Shown: piece after piece, positions 8,683 through 19,900 of the stretch
Layout: each line of letters opens with the position of its first letter
Numbering within the stretch: position 1 is the first letter of the stretch
Source: a virus
Lineage: Duplodnaviria > Caudoviricetes
Strand: one strand, 5' to 3'
IMG/VR virus record: IMGVR_UViG_3300031555_004710
Location: 64,001 to 128,000 of that record
DNA length: 64,000 nt
Notes under the pieces: model-generated
What the model saw: only the letters and a program-made list of their open reading frames with translations
Databases searched by the model: none
Told to the model about the DNA's origin: nothing
Program-made: the position numbers and the translations under genes

Positions 8683-10875
8683 TTACATCGTGAAAAATGG
8701 ATTTAGTAAATTAAATAAGCTATCATTTATCTTATTCTCAATTCTTCCAGGAATATCTTTCCATAGGCCTTGAATAAAAGAAAAAGCTAATTCTGCTTTA
8801 GTATCTAAGTTAAATGCATATGCATCGAACCCGCAAAAGTTTGCAAGATATCCAAGTAATGCTTCATTTTTGCAAAATAATACTGGGTGAGTTGTATTAG
8901 TCATCATTAATTCATCTACTAATGGAGTAATTTCCATTTGAACTTCCCATTCTGTTGCAATCGAATCTATTGTATAACTAGTTTCATCATTTCCACCTTT
9001 AGTTATAGTTAAACTTGATATAATCCCTAGTTCAATATTAAACGATCCTGGTTGAATACATTTTACTAAAAATGGATATGTATACATATTATCAGATTGC
9101 TGTTTAGGCAATGCCATTGCTAATAAGTGACAAATTGGTACAATGCACTTTAAGAATACAGAATATTTATCACCATAAGGAGACATAAATTTCATGTTAC
9201 ACGAAATATTTTTTGCATATTCTGCCCTTTCCAGCATCTTAGGTAATACCATTTGACCACCATTCATAAAATTCTTTCCTAATGAGACAATCCCATCAAA
9301 TACATCGCCGCTACCATCTTTTAAAGCATTTAATGCACTATGAACATCTTCCATACCTACATCAAATCCACCACCAGAAAAGTAATTCAATGTTTTTGCA
9401 GCAGACGAGATTGTATCAACTACAGATGACAATGGACTATTAGTAACTCCATTCGTAATTGAATCTGTAACAGATGTTTCACTACCATTTAAAAAGAAAT
9501 TTATATATGCAGTATTATCGGTTGCAGCAGTAGCAATTGATTTTACATTACTTACTAAACCATCCCAAAATTTTCTAAATATAGACTTATCATTATCTGC
9601 GGCAATTGCTGGTTCTAATGTATATTTTTTTCTAATTGACCAATAAGAATAATCAAATTCTTTAAGTTTAGTTCTTGTATGAGGCATGAACTTATCACCA
9701 ATTCCAAGCATTATCGCACATGAACGACATAATGCATTTAAATATAATGCATATTCTTTAGTTGCTGCCTGAAATTCATAAAGTTTTCCAGAAAACATCG
9801 CAGGTTCATCTGCAACGATTTTATCATATAAAGATTGATTACCATATGCCATTTGTTTCAATCCATCAAAAATTGTATCTCTTTTACTACCAATAACATT
9901 TGGGAACATTTTTACGGTTCCTGGACAAATTGATAGTATTGCTGGATTTGAAAGTACTGTTTTATTCATAACCCTTCCGCCACCAGCAGTTAAATCATTA
10001 TTATATTGAACATCAATATCCATATTGAATTTAGGTGGAGCACCTAATGCATTCATATATTTATCTGCTAATCTTTTATAATATTCATCACCAGCAGTAT
10101 ATCTATTTTCATCACTTACACTCCAATAATCATATTGATAATTTGTAGCATCTGTCCACTCATTTGCGACTGGCACAGGAGTGGCATCGGTTTTAGATAC
10201 TGCAGCAGTTGGATTAGATCCTGTCACATTAACATATGAAGCACTAACCCAAACTTCTGTAAGGGTGCCCCATCCAGAAGTTCCAGATACTTTATGATAC
10301 CCATTTTTAGTTTCATGAATGGTTAATGAAGCATTATAATTAAAAGCTCCAACATATTTATTATTCACACCAGCACCATCTCTAGCTTTCAATCCACTTT
10401 TTGCAGTAACTACACCTGTACTAGTTGCTGGTGGAGTTGTATTTCGAGTCATCTTAAACATTTGTGGTGTTGGTTCATTATCTCTATAAATATATTTAGC
10501 ATCTACAAATCCTGTTAAAGTTCCTTCGGTAGTAACGGCTTCTATTGAGATTATATTTATATGTGTATCATCTACAATTTTACAAGTGGTACCATTATTA
10601 ACATTACCTATCCAATTAGATTTCTTCTCATCATCATACATTGCAACATATGGATGTGCTACTATAGTACCTGTCATACCTGTTCCACCATGAGTAACGT
10701 TTGGTTCCCCGTTATCATATTCTACCATATAATAATTACCACTAGTACCAACTACTTTTAACATAGTGCCTTTATCAACTGATGTTGCAACTTGAGAAGA
10801 ATCAGCATCTGTAAATAAAGATGTTTTAGTATCACCACTAGATGGTTTAATCATAATCATTTTAGCCATAATCAC
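8683..10875 (-). CDS. virion structural (tail/baseplate-associated) protein with N-terminal SH3b domains
   Basis: SH3b-like GVVTAKSGLKARDGAG...WVSASYV; next to tape measure gene; late-type promoter. Confidence 0.65.
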   Translation of the reverse strand: MIMAKMIMIKPSSGDTKTSLFTDADSSQVATSVDKGTMLKVVGTSGNYYMVEYDNGEPNVTHGGTGMTGTIVAHPYVAMYDDEKKSNWIGNVNNGTTCKIVDDTHINIISIEAVTTEGTLTGFVDAKYIYRDNEPTPQMFKMTRNTTPPATSTGVVTAKSGLKARDGAGVNNKYVGAFNYNASLTIHETKNGYHKVSGTSGWGTLTEVWVSASYVNVTGSNPTAAVSKTDATPVPVANEWTDATNYQYDYWSVSDENRYTAGDEYYKRLADKYMNALGAPPKFNMDIDVQYNNDLTAGGGRVMNKTVLSNPAILSICPGTVKMFPNVIGSKRDTIFDGLKQMAYGNQSLYDKIVADEPAMFSGKLYEFQAATKEYALYLNALCRSCAIMLGIGDKFMPHTRTKLKEFDYSYWSIRKKYTLEPAIAADNDKSIFRKFWDGLVSNVKSIATAATDNTAYINFFLNGSETSVTDSITNGVTNSPLSSVVDTISSAAKTLNYFSGGGFDVGMEDVHSALNALKDGSGDVFDGIVSLGKNFMNGGQMVLPKMLERAEYAKNISCNMKFMSPYGDKYSVFLKCIVPICHLLAMALPKQQSDNMYTYPFLVKCIQPGSFNIELGIISSLTITKGGNDETSYTIDSIATEWEVQMEITPLVDELMMTNTTHPVLFCKNEALLGYLANFCGFDAYAFNLDTKAELAFSFIQGLWKDIPGRIENKINDSLFNLLNPFFTM

Positions 10876-10913
10876 AAAATCTCCTTTCTTTTTTGAAAGT
10901 TTGTAAGATTGAT

Positions 10914-10925
10914 TAGATTTTTGTT
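10914..10925 (-). promoter_or_regulatory. late-type promoter AACA-N6-TA
   Basis: AACAaaaatcTA. Confidence 0.6.
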
Positions 10926-10939
10926 AAAATTGATTATTA

Positions 10940-10978
10940 ATGATACAAGAGAATGAATAATTCATTCTCTTGTATCAT
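10940..10978. terminator. intrinsic terminator
   Basis: 18-bp perfect inverted repeat ATGATACAAGAGAATGAA. Confidence 0.8.
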
Positions 10979-10985
10979 ATTTTTA

Positions 10986-13900
10986 TCACATTATATTATG
11001 AGCATTAAGTTTAGAAGCAACTAACATATGATGATTTGCTAGTGTTTCTTTATATTTTGATGTATTTGCAACTCTTTTTGGTGTTGAACCTCCAGATTGC
11101 GAAATATTTGTAGTATTAGATACTATATTATTAGTAGTAGCTGAACTTTGAGCAGATCCAGTAGTTTTCTTAGATTCAGCAAACCATTCAGATATTATTC
11201 CTATTACCTTATCAAGTTTACCATCAGTATTTGTCATATCAAATCCAGCATCTACAGTCATACCAGGACCGAAACCAATAGCTTCAAAATCTCTAGGCGT
11301 TACTTTAAATTCTTCTTGAGTGTCAATAGATTTACGTAACTGCTCACGATAAGCAGGGCTATCAATCTTAGTAGTTTTCTTAGCATTACCATAGCCTAAG
11401 CTAAGTAATGGAATATTTCCAAATCCATCAGCTGGCAGTTTTGTAAAATCAAATGACTTATTATCGCCAAGACTAACGACACCACTACCATAATTATATG
11501 TATCAGGATTAATATTATTTGTCTTATATGTCCAAGGTTTATTTCTAATCTCATAATGTAGATGATTTCCAGTACTACTTCCAGTTGTTCCAACTACACC
11601 AACGCATGTTCCAGCTTGATAATACTGTCCAATAGTTAAAGGAGATTTATTCTTCATATGAGCAAAATAATGTTTAGTACCATCATCAGCTTCAATAACA
11701 CAAAGATTACCATATCCACTATGATAATAGTTTTCAACGCATTTTCCAGCTACTGGTGTATATATATTTGGGCTTTTACCAGAAGTACCATAATCAATAC
11801 CAGCATGGAATTTATATTCACCACTAATTGGGTGAGTTCTATTTCCATAGTCTGATGTTTTTCTAGCATTTAGAGTATTTGTAAAGAATGCAGTTGCATT
11901 CTGAGAAGAGGTAGGTTTTGGTCCAGATTTTACAGGAGTGCTACCTGTATCTTCCGAACTACCACCTTCTTTATCTTTAGAAGTAGATAATCCCATAGCA
12001 TCAGTATCAAGTCCCATCTTGCCACCCATATGTCCAACAAGTATTTTATTTATTTCATTCATACCAGTAGAAAAAGTTTTAACTTTTTCCATATTATCTG
12101 TAGCATTTATAACTACATCACCAATTTTATCAAGACCTTCAGTTGGTTTACCAAATCCCAATGGATTAGTTTCTTTTGCAAAATATTGACTAAGTCCTCC
12201 AGGATCAGGAACGAATGATTTGAATTCGTAACCAGCAAGGTTTTCATAAGTGTCTTTAATTCTTTTTGTATATGAACTAGCATACTTGGAATTTGCCCAA
12301 TAAAGCTTTCTACTAAGTAATAAATTATAAGCTGCTGCCAATTCCTCATCCTTAGTTGTTAAATTAGCTTCTTGTGGCCAATGATACATAAATGCATTAT
12401 CTTTAGTTTTGCTAGTGATTAAATTTGGACCTGTATTACCAATATCAGCAAGTAATGGAAGAGTACGCAAATCTTTAATAAGACCAGTATCATAATAACC
12501 GGCAAAATGTGGATTATAAAATGTATCATGATAAAATTTCATTGCAGTAGCATCAATAGATGATCTTATAGCATCTTTATTTTGCTCATCACCTAATGCG
12601 CTAGAAAGATCATTCATCTGATCTTTAGTGAGAGCTTTACCATTATTAATTAAATTAGCATACTCAGTAAATTTACTCTTAAGTTCAAATGGAATACCTG
12701 AAGCATTAGCTAAGTTCTTAAGAAGTTTTACAGCGTTACCTGCATTTGCCTGATAAGGACCTACTGATGCCTTATTGTTAGTATCATTTATAACGGTGGC
12801 ATAATTTCCACCACTTTCACCGCGATATATATTCTCAATAGTTTTACCAAGTAATTCTTCCTGAATATTATTTGGGCTATTGATAGCATTAGTTAATGTA
12901 GTTGATGATCCTTTTAATATAGCACCTGATGATGCAGATGGATTTGTCTCCTCACGAGTAAGCTCTTCAAACTCTGTCCAGAAATCAGTTCCATTAAGAG
13001 TTGCATTTATTTTTGCTTGAGCAATGAATCCCAGCAACTTCAATTTACCAAAGAATTTCTTCTTTTTAGCAAATTCTGCAAGTTGTTCAGCATTCATTAT
13101 ACCTGTTTGCTCTACAACTGGAGTTGTTATTTCTGCACTTAATCCAGAAGCTTCTCTAGCAAGCTTTCTATAATCATCATCGTTTATATCAGTTATATAT
13201 GAACTAAATTTACTAGAATCTCTTGTAAATTCTAAAGTATTACCAACACCATACATTACACGACATGCATTACATAATGCAAGGAATTTTTCAGCATCGC
13301 TAAGAGGTGCCGATACAAATGTATTACCTTTACGATTTTCCGATACAATCGCAGCAGCATATATTTTAGCTACTAAGTCTTGTGTAAGACTGTGATATGT
13401 ATCAGTATATTTATTACCTAATTTCTTTGGAATAATTTGGATTGTTCCATAACTTCCACCATTCATTCCAAAGTATTGAGTTGATAAAACGTATCCTAAT
13501 CTTACTCTACTAATCGTACCACCAGTTCTATCTGCATATTTTATAATATTATTACTAGTTTTACCATGAACATCATCAGGATATTTATCAGTAAACCAGG
13601 TATCATTATCTTTAAAGTATTTATAGTTACTATTTAATATATTATCATCAATACCACTTGAATTGGTTTTATACCCACTTATAGTTCCATAATCAATAAG
13701 ACCATTTGATGCATAATCATCTACATATCTTGTAGTACCAGTATTAGAATATTTGATAGTTGCACTACCATCAGAATGTATTGTAGTAGTCGTATAAATT
13801 GGGTTACCTTTACGATCAGTACCAGTACGAACTCTAATAACTTTATCATATATAGGTTTACCTGACTCATCAACATCTGATTGAACATATATCACATTTG

Positions 13901-16900
13901 ATTTCGCAGGTGTAGATGTGGAAGTAGTGGATGTATTTGTATTTTTTCCAGTTAAATTTGTACTTTTACCAGGAGTTAAACCAACAGCTTTTTTATCTGA
14001 AGGTCTAGGACCATACCCAGCACTGTATGCCCAAGCATGTTCAGTATTCTTTGATACATTATTAATATCGTATAGTTTATGCTTACCAGTAATAGGATCC
14101 ATTACACTCATATTATTTCCATATATTCCATCAGCCATTACAATATGACCAGCTTGAGTATATGGGTCAGCTGAGCTACTAGATCTACCCGTCAATATTG
14201 TAGGTTTACCAGCAAGTAAATTATCCTTTAATTCATAAGAATTGTTAATAGGATTGCTTACGAGTCCCATTCTAGCAGCACCTTCAGTAAATAATCCAGC
14301 ATTTGCACCACCTTGGCTAATATAACCATTAGATGCAGCATATGCTCCCATATCTGCAGGTGTTATTGGACCGTATCCTATATTTCTTTCAGCAACAGTA
14401 TTTGCTGCAGCAGCTAATGCGGTAGGACCACAACCAGCTTTATCCATAGTAGCAACAGATCCATCTGGTAAATAACCTATTGGCATTTTACCCCATCTAG
14501 GATCTCCTTGCGCATACACACCATTTATAATAGCAGGATGCTTAGGTCCATATCCAAGACCTTGACCTAGACCTTTTTCTTTTTTATATGCAGCAATTTC
14601 ATCAGCAGTAACATCTTGTTTAGAATTCCATTGTGTTTCAAATTTAGTTCCAAATATAGCATTAGATGTCGCTTTAAAACCATCCCAGATGGTTCCACCA
14701 ATTCCCTTATTAACTTTATTATTATACTCTGTAGAAGATATATTTGTACCATGTTCTTTATTATATTTAGCAGTAGCAATTTCTAATGCAAGTTGTGAAT
14801 CTTCGAGACCTTTATCTCCCAGTAATCCAAAACCCCCATCTTCTGGAGCCATTGCTTTATATAATGCAGAAGCCCATTGGCATTTAAAATCAGTATCCAT
14901 TATTGCTTGTACTACTTCTAATACAATATTCAAAAGATATATTGGAGATAGTCCTAATACAAATTCAAATAATGCAGATATCAAACACATTAACCAGTCA
15001 GTTTCAGTTGTTCTAAATAGATTCTTTGCAGAAAATGCACCGTTTATTAAATCATATGCACCAAAAAGAACTGCCAGAGGAGTTGTCCTTAACCCCAGTT
15101 CAGCTAATCCACCTGCTATTTTTGTAGATAATTTCATCCATATTTTTTCATTAGAAAATACTTTTGTTGCAAGTTTTTCTATAATCTCTTTAAATCCTTT
15201 AATAAATTTACCAATTATTGAACTATCCGCAGTAAATTTACCTATGATTTTCATAACCTTTTCATTTTTAGATAATTTATCAATTGCACCCTTAATCTTT
15301 GCAAATAAGGATTTGATAACACCTTTTTTACTCTCTTTAACAGTAGCTTCCACTGCTTCAGTACCAGCTTCTTTAATTGCAGTAGTACCAGTTTTCTTCG
15401 CAAGTTTTTCAGCAAGTTCAGTAGCTGTTTCACTCTTAGTTTCTTTCATCAATCTCTCAGTTGATTCTTTAATAGCTTTTTCCATAGTCTCTTTAGAAGC
15501 AACTTGACCATTTTCAGAAAGAGTTGCAGAAATTGAAGCACCTATTGATTCAGAAAGTACTTTAGATGAAGCTTCTTCAGTTGAGAGTTTTAGTGCTAAC
15601 GCTCCTCCACCACTAGAAGCTTTTGCTAATGCAGAATCAGTAGCCTCTTTTATAGATTTTTCAAGTGCACCAGCATCAACATTCACAGTGCTTGAAGTTA
15701 CAGTTTTGGATAACTGCCTATTCATTCTCCAGTTACCAAGTGCAGATTTATTGCTAACTATTTCACTAGTAGCATCTGGAAGATAAGTAGCACCGAAACG
15801 AGATACTCCGTTAGAAACCTTATCTCCTACTTTGCCACCAGCTTTCCATCCAGCCTTTGCGCCTTTAAATCCACCAGTAGCCATTCCAGAAACTGTTCCA
15901 ACAGGACCACCAAAAGTACCAGCAACAGCACCACCAGTTGCACCAAGACTAGTACCTCCCATTACACCAACAGCTCTAAATGGCATTTTTACAGCAGCTC
16001 TACCTGCTTTACCATGAATTCCAGCTCTACCGGAATTTAAACCACCACGAATTATAGCATTTGAACCAGCAGTAATTAATCCAGTATTAGCTGTTTTATC
16101 TTGATTATATTCGATAATTACATTTCCATTTTCATCAATGGTTGCAGATTTTGCACTAACTTCAACCACTTCTCCAGTTTCAGAATCAATATAAGAAGCT
16201 TTACCGGAATTATTTTTCATTTCATCAACAAATGCTTGCTTATCAGATGAAGTTGAAAAACTACTATTAGATATAGTTTCTTTATCTCCATTTGGACGTT
16301 TCTTAAGTCCAAGAGCATATAATAATTCATTTCCTAAAGATTTTACAATCTCCCAAGAACCTTTTAATACAGCTCCCAAAATTTCAGGAGTTGATTTAAG
16401 GATTGCAGTTGCAAGAGGAGGAGCAATCTCAGAAATAACTGTACAGAATGCACTAATAATTTTAGGTGCATGGGTAGCAATAAGTTCTCCAGCCTTAACA
16501 ATTGTACCTGGAAGGTATTCAAAAATTATTTCTGGTACTTTACTTACTGCATCTTTAAGCCATGGGAATGCCTTATTATCCCACCATGGGGAAATTTTCT
16601 CATTCCACCATTCACCAACTACAGTGTCGTCAAACCATGTACCAAATTTAACACTAAAATCATGCATCACTTTTTTCATACTAAAATCATCAGAATTTAC
16701 ATAGTCATTAAATTCATCAATTTTATCACCAACTTTTTTCGCGGTTCCAGGTCTTATTAATTCAGCTACGGTAAATCCTAATGCGCCTAATAATCCTATA
16801 GAACCAGCAAATTTCATTCCTTTAAGAATGAATTGTCCAGCACCAGAGCCGCCAATAAGTTTTCCAACAGATTTTATTTTGCCCCAGATTCCACCAGTTT

Positions 16901-19900
16901 TTTCTTCTTCTTCATCTTCGGTTTTAGCATTTGGATCTACATCACCAGTCAATAATAATTGACCAGTACCTTTTCTAGCATATTCATCTTCAGCTTCTTC
17001 AGCATCAGCTCTACTTTTCTTTTTATTAAAGCCGAGCCAGCTTGTAAAAGCATTGAATTTACCCATTATTCTAGAACCAAAACTTTTACCTTTTCTCTTT
17101 TTAACAGCAGTATCATCAATTTCACCACTAGTAGAAATCTCTAGTTGTGCACTGTCTATTTCTTTATGCTCTTTATTAACATCTAAAAGATCTTTAATAT
17201 TAGCATTCATTTCACTAAGTATTTTAGTAGCTTGGTCTTCAGTAATATCTTTTCCAGCACCTTTTAATTTACCTCTTAATAAAGTCCATTCATTCGTAGC
17301 ATTTTCAATTTGCTCAGTTGAGTATTTGGAAGTAGCCATTCGACCATCGGTCATTATTTCACGCAATTTAGCTTGTCTATCAAATAACTCTTCTTTAGCA
17401 GATCTTTGAGGAGCTGGAAGGGCTAACAACTGCGAAGTTGTATTATTCATATTATTAACAATATCATTCTTGGAAGTTTTAGAACCTATCCAAGATTTAA
17501 ATTTACCCCACTTATTACTAAATCCGTTTTTAATTTTTGATCCATTTGCTCTCAAATTAAAATGGTTTGTATCAGTATTTGAACTTTCTGGAGTTTCTTC
17601 CCCAGATTTATATTTCGATTTTTGAGTAATTTTAAATTCTTTCATGAAACCAATGAAATCACCAGTTTCAGCATATTTAGAATATTTATAATCAGTTAAT
17701 CGATCAGAATCTACTTCATTAATATCAAAATCACGCATTTCGGGATTATTTAAATCTACATTAAATATTCCTGCACCATGTAATTTTGTACGAAGTTTTT
17801 TCTTATCTTTTCTCCATTTCTTATCAAAACTATCAGTATTATCTTTATCAAGTTTCTCTCTTGCGAAACCTGCAAAATCTTGTCTGATACCATCTAATAC
17901 GTCGAGTACATCATCTTGGAAATCTTCTGTCTTTTCTCTAGATCTTTTCTGTTCATCAGTTTCCTCAATGATCATCCCTCCACTAACTTTACTCTTAGAT
18001 GGATCCATTTTCTTTTTAAATTCATTCTTACGATAAATAATATCCATGATATCATCAGATGATTGTATATACTTTTCATCAATACCAAGTCTCTTAAATT
18101 TATCTCGTATTGCTTCAAACTTATAGTCATTGAATGTTAATTCTCGACCACCTAATTCATCACGTAACGTAGAACTAAATTTATCTATTTTACGCCATTT
18201 CTTTTCGTCGGCTTGACGAGCTTTTCGGTTTGCTTTAAGTGCACGATGTTCTTGATGAACCCCTCTCCAATTTAAATGATTTTTACCATCGGCGGCATGT
18301 TCGTCATTCCATCCTTCTCTAGCAGCATCTGCAATTTCACCATGACCAATATAAGTTCCAATAGTATCAGATATTTTACCAAATATATTTCGTTTATTAC
18401 CTTCAGCTTCTTCAGCGTCCCACTTCTCACGAAGTTTTCCACTTAAGTTACCTTTAGCATAGTAATTTTTATAGAATTCGGCATATTCCTTACGACGTTT
18501 ACCAGCAGTTAACATTCGTATTCCTTGTAAGCCTATACTTGCTGGAGCCATTGCTAATTTAGTAGCACCACTAGCAATACCTATCATTGATTTACCAACC
18601 CAACCAATTGCTTTAGTTATAGGGCTAAATATTGCTTTCGTTGTCTTACGGAATACATCCATTATACCGTTACCAATTGCCTCGAATTTTTCTTTAGCAA
18701 AATCAACGACATTATCCTTGATCCCTGTCAGTGAATCTAAAATAGGACCAAATGCTAATCTAAAAGGATATGTAATTTTCTCTTTAGTCCAATCAACTAA
18801 GTCTAACATTTTAGACTTGAATGTATCACTTATTGGTTGAACTACATTTGTCATGAGAATATTCTTAACCCTAGTTAACATTCCATCTTTTCTTCTACCT
18901 ATTACATTACCATTTTCATCAAGTTCTTCGGTACCAAATAACCATGCATTAAACTTACTAGTACTAGCAGCAATACCTAATCCAAGTCCAGCAATACCCA
19001 TACCAACAGGACCACCCAATGATAACATTGCAGGAAGATAACCGGCACTACTTAATACAGCTCCAGATAATGCACCAATTCCTAAACCAGCTCCAGCTTT
19101 TTTAATACCTGGCATAAGTTTAGAAAATCCACTTTTAACTTTATTAAAGGAATTCGAAATAATAGTACCACTTCGTTTTCCATCTTCACCTTTTTTACCA
19201 AGTAGCATTGTCTTAAAGCTTTCCGAATTCTTAAGAATACTAACTCCAGCTCCAAGTAATGCTCCGCCTAAAATACCTCCAGGAAGTATTTGCGTTCCTA
19301 ATATACCTAATCCGCTATTAAATCCAAGTGCTCCTTTTAAAAGACCTTTAAGTCCTCCAAGTACTGCACCACCAATAGCAAATGGCATAACTTTCTTAAA
19401 ACTAGCACGCATCTTTTCACTGATTAACCCACCTTCACGAGCCGAATTGGGATCATTTGGGTCGGATAATTTACCAAACATAAATGTCTTGAAAGCTTCA
19501 GTTTGTGATAATATTGTTAATCCACCACCAACTATAGCGCCGGCTATAGGACCACCAGGAAGAAACATGCTTCCAAGTAAACTGAATTGATTATTAAGAA
19601 GCCCAATACCTGCTCCAGCAACAGCACCAGCTAATGCTTTAGGCATTGTAGCTTTCATTTTCTTTAAGAAACCATCTTTATATGCCTTTTTCTTAGTTTC
19701 TACAGGTTTATCTATATCACCAACAGTAGATTCTGCAGCAGCTCTAACATGCTTCTCGGTTTTCTCACCAATTACCATAAGATTATTCTCAATAGTCTCT
19801 ATTGGCTTTTTAAGTCTGTCTTCAATTTCCTCATACTCTCTGTCGAATGCCATTGATTCATCTGTAGAATATTTAGATGTACCAAGTCGAGCTTCGATTC

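Noticed and set aside
11148-19041. Many plus-strand ORFs, including the 272-aa 14689-15507
   Set aside because: Antisense shadows of the tape measure gene; no SD and no recognisable motifs
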